Below, in pieces: positions 11,131-24,840 of a stretch of 64,000 bases of DNA. How positions within the stretch are numbered: the stretch's first letter is position 1; each line of letters begins with the position of its first letter. The stretch comes from the human T2T-CHM13v2.0 reference genome, Homo sapiens. A program made the translations under genes and the position numbers. The DNA is taken from NCBI RefSeq assembly GCF_009914755.1, contig NC_060933.1; one strand, written 5' to 3'. Under the pieces are notes generated by a model that saw only the letters and a program-made list of their open reading frames with translations, was not told the origin of the DNA and did no database searches.

Positions 11131-13619
11131 ATACGTATATTCTAATTGTGTTCACTTTTCTTTCATCTAGACTTACCAGAAGTTTACTTCTCTGGTTGGC
11201 TTTTCAAGGAAGCTTTTGAATTTCACTTCTATTTTTTCTATTAATGCATTCATTATTAGTGAAGTATTTTGTAATCATTTTTCAAACAGATTGGGTGTTT
11301 TTTTTTTCTCATTTCAATATGTAGTTCACTTATGTTAATTATTTAGGGCTTACATTTTTCTCTGTTCTCAACCTTCATCAGATTCCGTAACACTTGATAC
11401 GTTGTAAGGTTTCTGTTTTCATTCATTATACACCTTCCCCACCCCAGGCCTTTTCATTACTTTCAACACAGTCTCGTATTAGGATTTATGTTTTTTAAAA
11501 CAATTATTTAGGAGAATAGAATAGTTTTTTTCTCCTTGTATTGGGTTTTTTGTTTGTTTAGATGTCTGTTGTTTCTGTGATGGCTTTGTTTTAATCTGTG
11601 CTTGGAGAGTGCTCTCTCATTGCTACTTTGGAGAATGTATTATTCTTTGGCCTAGTATGATTGTGTGTGTACATTTGGGGACAAAATGTTTTTGTGGAGA
11701 TAATGTAGACTTAAAATTTTAAATCCGTAGCTGTATTTTCGTCACAATGAAAATTTGATGTCCTTAGTAAGCCCCGAATAGAAAGCCTTGACTTGCTTTT
11801 TGAGCATAGTTAACAGTGTTGAGATAAGAGAGGTTTGCTGGCAGTTGCACTGATGGCTGCACTGTTGTCCAGTGGGCCCAGCTGGGTGTACAGCTCGCCG
11901 TATAAACAGAAATCTAGACACAGGTCCCTAGAAGCCTAATCTGTGACCTAGACCCTGTCTCTGAGGTACTCTTACCAGAAAGTTAATCTGTTAGAGGATC
12001 TTTCATCAGCATAAAAGGCAGAAATAATTTTCTAAATGCTGTTGATAAAATGTGAGTGCATGCTGCTTCATTCGATTATGGAAACTGAGCATTGGAGACT
12101 TATTCTCCTTTTTAACACCACTTGCCTCCAGTAACTTACACTAATTGTCATCTATACCAAGCCTTTGAAAATTTGTAGTTTTTGTAAGTTTTTAGGAAAT
12201 ATGCATGCTAATTAGATAATGCCTAAATTATGTTGCTTTTCATGTGAATTTAGTAAAGTCATTTAAGACCCGTTGGCTTAGTTTTTCATGAGACTTTCTA
12301 AACATGCTTAATCTCTGCATACTATTTTAATAATAATGTAAGTTTTTGACTTTTTGCTATTATAATGGGCAGTGAATATATTTGTGCTGAAATCTGTGTG
12401 GAATTTTTTTGAACATCATTTTCTTACTGTATATTATTAGAGGTGAAATGTTTGGGTCAGGAGTTACAAACATATATATTTTTAAAAAACTACTCTAAAG
12501 ATCCTTGATACATTTTGTCAAATTGATTTCTTGTAAAAATGGGACCAGTTTGCACCTCTGTTGTGGTATGAGAGAGTGCCCATCTCCTTGGGGACCTAGC
12601 CCCTTGATGGTTCCAGCACTCCATCGAAAACCAGCTCCACTGTGGGGTGTTTTGTGTGACATGGTGGTGTCATATGTCTTCTCTGCAAGAAAAGGCATTG
12701 TTAGCAAGGCAAACAGAAATACTCGATACAGTTATGTATAAACCAGAGGAAGCCTTTGCCAGAGAGATTGTTGACAATTGCTAGAGGGTATGATAATGCA
12801 GAAGTTACAGAGTGTTCCTTTGGCAACACGTGTTAATGGATTTGTTCCAGTGTTGGAGCCCTTTTTAATGAAAATTCTCAACACCTACACTGGAAAAATA
12901 ATAAAATAAAAAGCCTTAGTCAGGAATGTATTGCTTGTTAAGATTTAGCCAAGGAAGTCACATGTTATTTAACAAGGTAGATTACTTTTTTCTTTGTAGT
13001 AGGCAAGGAAACAGCTATGCTTCACTTCTAAATAAAAAAAAAAAAAATTTTAAAAACGTTTTTTAAAAAGAAAAACGTGACTAAGATAACTGTCTCATTC
13101 CCAGGCACTTTTTAATCTCATATAAATTTACATTTAGAGACTTAACAGTTTGGCTTTTTTGAATGAATGCCAGAAATACAGTTGGACTATAGAGTCTCAG
13201 CTGAGAAGCAGACACATGGAGCAAGGTATGTTCTGTCATTTATCAGAAAAGTTAAAGAATTCATTTTGTTTAAAAGGCAGCACATAGATTATTCAGAGAG
13301 AGAAAAATATGGGTTTATAGGAAAATTCTTATGTATTTGGTAAGGACTCTGAGTTTGTACTTTAGCTTCATGTCTCATAAATCAAGTCCCAAGTTCACCA
13401 GGTGATAGTATTCCCAGGTTACTTGTGGGTGTAGGTGCAGAACAACTCGGAACTTTGTGGTTGGGCATCTTTTTCTGCCGTCCAACTTTGGAGGTTGCTG
13501 GGAGGAGATGCTTATTTTCCTTTTTTAGGGCATTTCAGTTTAAAACAAATTAAAAATGGAAAGTCAATGTTTTCCCTCCACTAATACAACTCTTAACTTA
13601 TGGTTGTAATAAACAGTGA

Positions 13620-14165
<546 letters not shown>

Positions 14166-14717
14166 TACTTTTGCTTTTTTGAAGGACATGTGTGTTAAGC
14201 AGAAATTTCTAAAGTCAGTGCATTTTTTGCATCAGAACATGTTTTAACTCATGAGTTAAAACATCGCTGTTTCTGGCATAACGGTCTTCCCACATTTCCA
14301 TCTTTATATTAAAAATTTCTGAAATAAAATTTCTTTTTGGGCTAGAAAAAGGTAAGATTGGATCAAGTGATCCATTTAGGACTTGCCTTTTCATACTTTG
14401 CAGTCTCATTACTATTATCACAATGTATGTCCTAATACAATAAAGTTGAGGTTTAACCAAAAGTTCTCTTTTCTTCTGGCATGCTTTGTGAGAAAATATT
14501 TGAGCTGGTGTAAATTGTAATTACTGGCAGATATGGAAGAGAGTCTGACTTGGAGTATTCATGATGCTGATATGCTGCTGCAGTCAGTCAAGTGCTGCGT
14601 GAGTTGATGTCATTACCAAAGGACAGTCTCTATAATCAGAGAATAAAGTATAATTTGTAAATGTGGAGGAGCTAGAGGAACAACTTGATTTCACTTGTCA
14701 CTAAACTTATCTAATAA

Positions 14718-15038
<321 letters not shown>

Positions 15039-15826
15039 AAGGATTTTTTTTTTAAAGCCAGAAGTAATATAAGTCGGTATCAGTGAGAAAAGGTGGTGAG
15101 GATAGCAGGGATTAAGTAAGTCGCGGGCATTTTATTTTTATCTTAAAGAAAATGTTAAAATGGTTGACGTTTTCTAGCTCAACACTCCCACCCCCACCTC
15201 ACCCATTGATTGATGGTTTGCTTTCGAAATCCTGAGTGAAAAGACAGGAATTACTTCATTGTGCTGAGAGTGACTGATGTCAGAAGGTCAGTTTTCCTAC
15301 ATTTACAAGATTCATACACACTTCTGAAAGGTTTTCTGTTAGACTGGGTGGACTGTAGATGAACAGGGCACTTTTTGTTTTGTAATTGCATTTAGCTTTA
15401 ATTAGAGGTTTAGAGTAGAAAGCTGAGAGTTGCTTGGAGGAGCCAACCAGGAGATTAATGGGCTGTGCCCATCCGCCGCAGCTCTGTGCTTCCAAGAAGT
15501 TTGCCAGGGTAACCTGGATTTGTCTTTATTGTACTGGAAGGAGTCTTGTCCTGTAGAAGTAGAAATCACTGATGCATCACTAACATCATGTGGCCTTTGT
15601 TCTCTGCCGCACATGTTTGAAAAGCGCAGCTCGCACCCACTCTTCCCTTAGGAAAGGGGGCCGAAGCTCTGTACCTGTAACATTCCATAAAGGCTAAGGA
15701 TCATGAGGATGTTGAGTGGGCAGGGCCCCAGCGGTCTTTACTGAAATACCAGAGCCTGCACTCTGATAATGAATGAGGCTCGAGGGAACATTCCTTTGGC
15801 ATATTTTAATGCTTGACCTAGTTGAC

Positions 15827-15940
15827 TGGGGTGCTCTGGGAAAATGAGCCTCACTTCCTGCTTTTCCACCTTAAATTGAAGTATGGGGTGCTCTGGGAAA
15901 ATGAGCCTCACTTCCTGCTTTTCCACCTTAAATTGAAGTA
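15827..15940. repeat. Perfect 57-bp tandem duplication
   Basis: TGGGGTGCTCTGGGAAAATGAGCCTCACTTCCTGCTTTTCCACCTTAAATTGAAGTA at 15827-15883 and 15884-15940, identical. Confidence 0.98.
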
Positions 15941-15995
15941 TGTCATTTATATGATTGTTAATATTGAAATGAGCAGCTGTACCACTCTGTTCTCA

Positions 15996-16379
<384 letters not shown>

Positions 16380-16850
16380 TTAAGTTGAAACCTGTGTTTG
16401 CCTTGTCTTTATGCCCACAGGGGAACTTGAAGTCATTTTACATATCAAAAGCATCTTCTCAGGTTATTCTGAATTTTGAGAAGGCTAACATTTGCTAGGC
16501 TTTATGTTTAAAAAAACAAAAACAGAAAAAGATCCTGGGCTTCTCCCATCTTGCTTGGCAAATGAGGAGTCTAGGGTACTTGTCTTAAATGTTCTGACAT
16601 ATTTCAATTAAAGCAGTGAACAATATTCTCAAAGACAAGGCAGCAGCTGATACTTGGTAATGTCCTTAAAACTGCATAGTAATAACCTTCAGTGAGATTT
16701 GTATAATTTGGAGATAAGCTCCACTTATATCTGTAAAGTTAAAGCACAGAGAAAGTTAGTACAGTATTTGCCTGAGGTCAGTCACGCAGTTGGTGACAAA
16801 AGCCACTATTCTTAGTACTTCATGAGACTTCTGTTTTATATAATAGATTA

Positions 16851-17147
<297 letters not shown>

Positions 17148-17208
17148 TTAATTACAGAGATAGTGTTCTAGTTAATAGCAAGGAAAGAATGGCTTAAGCA
17201 ATAAGCTT

Positions 17209-17700
<492 letters not shown>

Positions 17701-18332
17701 GCTTCATACCATCCTTTTATAATTTTATGAGTTTAAATGCTCAGGGCTGCTGAGATAACATACCCTTGGGTCCTGAGTGTATACAAGGTAAGAAGCAGCT
17801 GGCAGCCTCCTTGAAGGCCCAGCATAGACAACCTTACTGGCCTCCCTTTTAATATACAGATAGGTAAGAAAGCAGAAGAGGAACCAATATTTGCTCTGCT
17901 AGGCACTGTGCCTATCTTTCCCACAGTTCCCTTGCATTTAGCCCTCATGCCAATCATATGCTTGTCATAGTGTGCTCCTTATATGTTTTGGGTACTTCAT
18001 CATTTTCTAGTTGTAATCTCAGTCTTGAGAGCAGGCTCAGACGTTTGCTTCGATTCTTTCACTGGCAATCACGGAGACTTGACATTGTTTCATTTAGGGG
18101 ACTGTACATTTCCTCATGGGGCATGCAGTTTGTGTTGGAGATACAGAAAGCTTCATCTTGAACTTGGTGCTTCTTCCTGGAACAGTAATTTTATTTCAGG
18201 TTTGTGGGAGAGGAAGAGGAGGGACCTTGTTTTTTTTTTGCAAACCATGACATTCCCTGTACGTACCATGTACCTGGTGCATGATAAATAACTGTTAAAT
18301 AGATTTCTATACTATTAACAGAAAGCTTGTAT

Positions 18333-19040
18333 TGTGTCCGGAATTGGTTCCTTCAGGTGGTTTCTTGGTCTCACTGACTTCAAGAATGAAGCCATAGACC
18401 CTCACGGTGAGTGTTACAGTTCTTAAAGATGGTGTGTCCGGAGTTTGTTCCTTCAGATGTTCAGATGAGTCCTTAGTTTCTTCCTTCCAGTGGGTTCATG
18501 GCCTCGCTGACTTGAGGAGTGAATCTGCAGACCTTTGCAGTGTTACAGGTCATGAAGGTAGTGCAGACCCAAAGACTGAGCAGCAGCAAGATTTATTGTG
18601 AAGAGCGAAAGAACAAAGCTTCCACAGCATGGAAGGGAACCCAAGCGGGTTGCCTCTGCTGGCTCTGGTGGCCAGATTTTATTCCCTTATTTGGCCCCGC
18701 CCACGTCCTGCTGATTGGTCCATTTTACAGAGTGCTGATTGGCCCATTTTACAGAGAGCTGATTGATCCATTTTACAGAGTGCTGATTGGTGTGTTATTA
18801 CAGAGTGCTGATTGGTGCATTTACAAACCTTTAGCTAGACACAGAGTGCTGACTGGTGTGTTTACAAACCTTTAGACACAGAGCGCTGATTGGTGCGTTT
18901 TTACAGAGTGCTGATTGGCGCGCTTACAAACCTTTAGCTAGACACAGAGTGCTAATTGGTGTGTTTACAATCCTTTAACTAGACAGAAAAGTTCTCCAAG
19001 TCCGCACCCGACCCAGAAGCTCAGCCGGCTTCACCTCTCA
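18333..19040 (-). mobile_element. LTR12 (short form; HERV9) solo LTR
   Basis: Reverse strand runs TGAGAGGTGAAGCCGGCTG...ACCAATTCCGGACACA, with tandem ACAGAGTGCTGATTGG units (7 intact CCAAT). Perfect TSD GTAT at 18329-18332 and 19041-19044. Confidence 0.95.
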
Positions 19041-19092
19041 GTATCATCTCCCAGATAGCTTGTGCCCACCCTTCAGACTTCTTTGTTTAAGG

Positions 19093-19275
19093 CAGTTATT
19101 CTCAAAATGTCCCTTGACCAGAAACAGCATCACTTGGAAACTTGGTAGAAGTACACATTCTCAAGTTCCACCCCAAACCTCTTGAATCAGAAATTCTGAG
19201 GGTAGGGCCCAGGAATTTATGTTTCAACAAGTCTTGCAGGTGATTTTGATTTATGCTAGCATTTGAGAACCACTG
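19093..19275. mobile_element. MER5A
   Basis: CAGTTATTCTCAAA...TTTGAGAACCACTG terminal inverted repeats with a MER5A body. Confidence 0.85.
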
Positions 19276-19798
19276 GCTTTACGCATGAGAAGTAGGATTT
19301 TAAAATTGTACTTTTTATTATAATTTTCTGGGAAAGTAAAGCTGTTTCACCTGTAAACTTTGGGAATAGGAGCACCCTGAAGCTCACAATGGCATCCTGC
19401 AAAGCCCCAAAGAGTGCTAGTTGTTGATCATTACCTGTGCACACATCATTCCCTCACTCAGAGCCCAGCTAGGAGGCCTCCTTTCACCTTGTAACCAGGT
19501 CACCCCTAGATGTGATCACTTCCTCCACAAGAACTGAGAGAGAAGAGAAGAACACCAGAGGATACTGAACTGGCCATACTGGGGCTTATGGTTTAAAGGG
19601 CAGAACTGAGCCAAATGAGGACTCCTCAGAAAATTGCTTTCTCGTTGGATCACCCCAGAAATAAATCAGTAAAAGCATTCACCTTTTGTTTTATTTGCTT
19701 CAAACAAAGTAGGAAACATTCTTCTTGCTTTATATATCTAGATACCAAGTAAGGAAGTATGATTTGGATTCTTGAGTCTCTTTATTTTATTTTTCAAC

Positions 19799-19820
19799 TG
19801 TGTGTGTGTGTGTGTGTGTG
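19799..19820. repeat. (TG)11 microsatellite
   Basis: Read directly from the sequence. Confidence 0.95.
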
Positions 19821-21434
19821 TTTGCCTTTGCTAAGCCATGGAGGGTAAAAAATGAAATATATTAGCAACATTGTTGACATGGACCACAGACAATTAAATG
19901 TTTCATTTCTTATTAATCCTGAAAGAAAAAGCCTTTTTTTTTTGTTGGGCGGCAGGGAGGGGGTGCAGTCCTCTATACAAAAATCTTAAAAACTAAATAT
20001 ATCTATTCTAATTGTTTTCCCCTGGAACATCATCATAGTTTAGGAGTATATCTCAATGTTGATTTTAAAAAATAAATATGTAAACAGCTAGATTTATGCA
20101 CTGTTAAAGCATCAGTGCAAGTTTTAGGAAAAAATCAAGCATGACAATTGAAAATAAAATAACCATTACTAAGTTGGACTCTTCTTTACCCTCAAGAAAT
20201 TGTACTTGGATGTTTATGGGAGAAATTATTCCAAATCCTACCAGTTCTGTCAGAAAACTAATATTACTCTACATAATCATTTTCTCCCACCTCTGTATAA
20301 TATTTAACTTTTATTTGAAATGTAGGCTCAAGCTATGCTAAAAATCCCATCTCGAAGATGACGAGCTTATCCATGGGGAGGGGATGGAGGGCAGAGCACT
20401 CTCATAACTCTAGGAATTTGACTGTTATATCTTGACTTAATAAATGTCTGCAGCTGAAAATAGGAAAAATTGACTATATGCATGTTTGAACACATAGACA
20501 TAAAAAATGCCAGCTGAAGCAGAGTATTCCGCATGCAAGCCAAGAAAAATCGGGTTCAGTGAGGCACAGTTTGGCAGGGAAGGCACACTGAAGCTGCAGG
20601 GATGGGAGGTCTAGTAACTGGGGAGGTATTCAGTTGAGGGCTGGTGCCCTCCACGTAGCCTTCCCCGACCCACCCACCCTGGGTCTGCTTCCCTCTGCCC
20701 CCAGTGTGGGCTCCCGTAGCACAGCTGGGTATTAGCTTGGTAATGGGGAAAGGATGGTATTCAACTGGGAATCTTTGGCTTCTAGGAACAAAACAAACTT
20801 GGGGAGGATGTTATCAGGATACTGAAGTCCTCCCCAAAATCCAGGATCTTCAGAGAAAACCTAAGAATCAAAAATAGAAAAGCACAGGAAGTTGAAGGAC
20901 TCTGTCTCTGTGTGTTGTCCCTGCTTCTCTCAGCTCCATCCTCACCTTTCTGCACTCCAGCTCTGTTGTGTCGTCCACAGCATGCAACACACAGATCCAG
21001 CTCCATCTGGAGCCCGCCTGTCAGCTCCTCAGCCCCAATTTTAAAACCCTAGGGGAGAAGCATCTTCTCAGCATAGGTCTCACATCTTTATGTGGTCCAG
21101 TGAGCCATGGTGGGGGAGGTAGGTGGGTGCAGGGAGGCAGTATGGGAGGTCCACCTCTGACCCTGTGGCCCAGTCAGAAGACCCCAAAGAGAGGAGTAGC
21201 TTGCATAGATGGAACAAAAGCATTCTCCCTATGTTATTCCGTTCACATGTTGCTGTGGGTTCATTAACCCCACACTTAGAAAGTAATCATCTTTGGCTCT
21301 AAGAAAATCTGGAGGTTGGACCTGAAAAACCTCAGGCCAGACAGTGAATCAGTCCTGGATTGTGCTGAATTTTCTAATATGACTCCACCCCATGAGGCTT
21401 CATGACTGTCAGCATCTGCTGTCTCCAGTGATGC

Positions 21435-22781
21435 TGTGTCCGAAATTGGTGGGTTCTTGGTCTCACAGACTTCAAGAATGAAGCCACAGACCCTTGCGGT
21501 GAGTGTTACAGTTCTTAAAGATGGTGTGTCCGAAGTTTGTTCCTTCTGATGTTCGTACGTGTTCAGAGTTTCTTCATTCTGGTAGGTTCGTGGTCTCACT
21601 GGCTTCAGGAGTGAAGCTGCAGACCTTCGCGGTGAGTGTAACAGCTCTTAAGGCGGCGCGTCTGGAGTTGTTCGTTCCTCCGGTCTGGAGTTGTTCATTC
21701 CTCCCGGTGGGTTCGTGGTCTCGCTGGCCTCAGGAGTGAAGCTGCAGACCTTCCTGGTGTTACAGCTCATAAAGGCAGCGCGGACCCGAAGAGTGAGCAG
21801 CAGCAAGATTTATTGCAAAGAGTGAAAGAACAAAGCTTCCACACTGTGGGAGGGGACCTGAGCAGGTTGCCACTGCTGGCTCAGGCATCTGCTTTTATTC
21901 TCTTATCTGGCCCCACCCACATCCTGTTGATTGGTCAATTTTACAGAGAGCTGATTGGTCCATTTTGACAGGGTGCTGATTGGTGCATTTACAATCCCTG
22001 AGCTAGACGCAAAAGTTCTCCAAGTCCCCACTAGATCAGCTAGACACAGAGCACTGACTGGTGCATTTGCAAACCTTGAGCTAGACACAGAGTGCTGATT
22101 GGTGTATTTACAATCCCTTAGCTAGACATAAAGGTTCTCCAAGTGCCCACTAGACTCAGGAGTCCAGCTGGCTTCACCTAGTGGATCCCGCACTGGGGCC
22201 GCAGGCGGAGCTGCCTGCCAGTCCCGCGCTGTGCGCCCGCACTCCTGAGCCCTTGGGTAGTCAATGGGATTGGGCGCCGCGGAGCAGGGGGCGGTGCTCG
22301 TTGGGGAGGCTTGGGCTGCGCTGGAGCCCACGGCATCTGGGGGAGGCTCCGGCATGGTGGGCTGCAGGTCCCGAGCCTTGCCCCACGGGGAGGCAGCTGA
22401 GGCCTGGTGAGAATTGGAGCGCAGCGCTGGCAGGCTGACACTGCTAGGGAACCCAGCGCACCCTCCGCAGCTGCTGGCTGGAGTGCTAAGCCCCTCACTG
22501 CCCAGGGGCCGGCCGCTCCAAGTGTGGGGCCCGCCGAGCCCACACCTACCCAGAACTCCTGGCCTACCCAGAACTCCTGGCCCGCGAGCGTTGTGTGCAG
22601 CCCCAGTTCCCACCCACGGCTTTCCCTCCACATCTCCCCGCAAGCAGAGGGAGCCGGCTCCGGCCTCGGCCAGCCCAGAGAGGGGCTCCCACAGTGCAGC
22701 GGCGGGCTGAAGGGCTCCTCAAGCACGGCCAGAGGGGGCGCCGAGAGCAGGCAAGGGCTGACAGCACGTTGTCACCTCTCA
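21435..22781 (-). mobile_element. Long LTR12 (LTR12D/E-like, LTR12C group; HERV9) solo LTR, CpG-rich
   Basis: Reverse strand starts TGAGAGGTGACAACGTGCTG...GAGGAGCCCTTCAGCCCGCCGCTGCACTGTGGGAGCCCC. CCAAT repeats plus the GATA/AATAAA promoter block at 21886-21910. Perfect TSD ATGC at 21431-21434 and 22782-22785. Confidence 0.95.
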
Positions 22782-23564
22782 ATGCCTATCTTAAACAGAC
22801 CCTTTACATGGCATTGGTGGCAAGTGAGACTGGAAATTCTTTGTGAAATGCTTGCATGATACAAGAGCCTTCTCGTAAATCTGTTTTAAAAGTGTCCTTT
22901 ATTCTGAATACCATTTTGATCCGTGATCCACTGATGGAAGTCAATGATGTTGAACTAAGAAAATACATAGGTTACTAGCTATGAACCATTCTTCATTAGT
23001 GCACTTGCTTGGTAATGGGTTAATTTGAATTGGGAATGAATCTTAGTCCACAAACTAGAGGTGCAGAGAATATTGCAGTTTGCTAAATAGACTTAATCTT
23101 GACTTTAAGCTTCTACTGCTTTCAGGTAGCAGAAAGATTCACCTCGATTATTCTTGGATTTCTTTCCCATATCACCCTCCCAGAGTTGTGCCAAGGTTCC
23201 AGGCTTTACTAATGTCATGATGTCAGGAAGGCCTGAGAAGTTATCCGTTTACACCAGTCCCTACTGCTTCTGGGCTGCATTTGAGGCTAGGGAGGGTGCT
23301 TTGTCAGCATCCAGCCATCCTCCTGGGGTTGCTGCACACCTCAGGGTGCAGCCAGAGTGCAGGTATGGCCATCTGCCACTCAGAGTTTCACAGTCATTCA
23401 CTTCCAAGATCTCCCTTAAGTGTGAGAGATCTTGCTATCTTCTCACCTGCTTTTCTCCTCAAGAAGGTAAGCCAGAGCCCTCGACCCTTGTGAATGAGGA
23501 AATTTCAGAGAGAAAAACATTGGAACTCCCCCTGCCCCAGAGTTGGTAACTGCTCAAATGCTGG

Positions 23565-23583
23565 CTGCCGCCAGGTGGTGCAA
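23565..23583 (+). promoter_or_regulatory. Candidate CTCF site
   Basis: CTGCCGCCAGGTGGTGCAA versus the consensus core CCASYAGRKGGCRS. Unique sequence with retained CpG. Confidence 0.5.
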
Positions 23584-24714
23584 GAGGCGCTGCTTCTCTG
23601 TGGTCACCTAGCAGCAGTCTCCTGTGGCCAGTTCCCCACGTAGAGGTGGCAACTGCCCTTCTTCATGGCTACTTGCTGGAGGTTTGTGGGAGGAGGGGAG
23701 TATGGGGGGTGTGTGTGGCTTTACCTGCCCCAAATTGTCAGGAGGATTTGAGGCATTTCTTTGTTGTTGTTGTTGTTTGGCTGTTTCCAAAACCCATTTG
23801 GAAACCTGTTATTCCGTAAGAGTAGCCTTCAAATTCTTAAGCATTTTCTATAAATCTTCAGTGAACTAATAAAAGTATTTCCTTTTCCCTTTTCTGGCAA
23901 TGGGTAGTCTAGTTCTGTTAATATTCCTGCAAAGAAACTCATCTACCAGCCTCACTCACACTGTGCACTTTTGCCCTCAGAATCCTCAGTGGCTAGCCTA
24001 ATTGACTACAACCAGTTTAGATGATCAGCTACCTTCCTTTTGCCATTATTTCAGATGCTGCCTTGCCCATAGCACAACCAATGCATTTAAAAAATAAAAA
24101 CATTTGGGGTGGGAGAACTATGATTAAATAAAGGAGATCTCTGTAGAGTATGGCAAAGCTTGCACACAACTTTAATAAAAATATGCTGTCTTGAGTAACC
24201 AGCATATTACAGAGGCTCTGTGAATGCCTCTTCATCTAGAATTTCAGTACAAGCTGTACATAAAATATTTATACAGCACAGTGTGCTTTGCCCCTCACAA
24301 AAGCGTGGGTTCAGATGTACACTGTTACTATAGACGTCACTAACATATAAGCCGGTGAAGAACCTTTAATGTATTTGTAATGTTAGCAAAGTATCTGTCA
24401 TCAGATTAAACTTGTAGTGACTGATAATGTAGCCTTGGCTCCTAGCCAAAAATATTTTTTTTGATATCAGAATGACACTTAATAGTAAAGATATGTCATA
24501 GAGGAAGGGGAAGAAGAGAATTTACTAGAGAAACTTAAAAGACTGGTTGGTGCAGAACCTAGTAACTTGGTTTGTGGCTGGCAGAAATGGGAGTAGTCCC
24601 TGGGATTACTTCTAAGGAGGAAATTTTACTACAAACACAGCTGGGAATAATTCTGTTACCAAGTCTTTTTTAGGATCAATACAGAGCTTATTTGTAAAAA
24701 TTAAAATCTAACTA

Positions 24715-24840
24715 TCACTTTATTGTCTATGGGTATCTGTTACATTTTATCTGTAAAAGAGGAATGGAAATGCCTGCCTAGTAGGTTCATCATAAGGACT
24801 GAGAGGATACGGGACCTTATTAAGTCCTCAGTAAGTAGCA
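24715..24840 (+). mobile_element. MIR fragment
   Basis: TTATCTGTAAAAGAGGAATGGAAATGCCTGCCTAGTAGGTTCATCATAAGGACTGAGAG. Confidence 0.55.

Noticed and set aside
18705-18985. Regularly spaced ACAGAGTGCTGATTGG repeats resembling a CRISPR array
   Set aside because: These are the known CCAAT/NF-Y tandem units of the LTR12 U3. The spacers are themselves repetitive, the context is eukaryotic and there are no cas genes.
20800-21200. Possible old MLT-type LTR between the LTR12s
   Set aside because: Too degenerate to define ends or family by eye; needs RepeatMasker/Dfam.
18333-22781. Two same-orientation LTR12s as the 5' and 3' LTRs of one deleted HERV9 provirus
   Set aside because: They have different lengths/subtypes and each has its own perfect TSD (GTAT vs ATGC). 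The spacer holds MER5A and unique DNA with no PBS, gag or pol.
22122-22859. Overlapping 150-182 aa ORFs
   Set aside because: They lie almost entirely in the GC-rich LTR12 U3, are open in many frames because stop codons are scarce, and give low-complexity Pro/Ala/Gly products.
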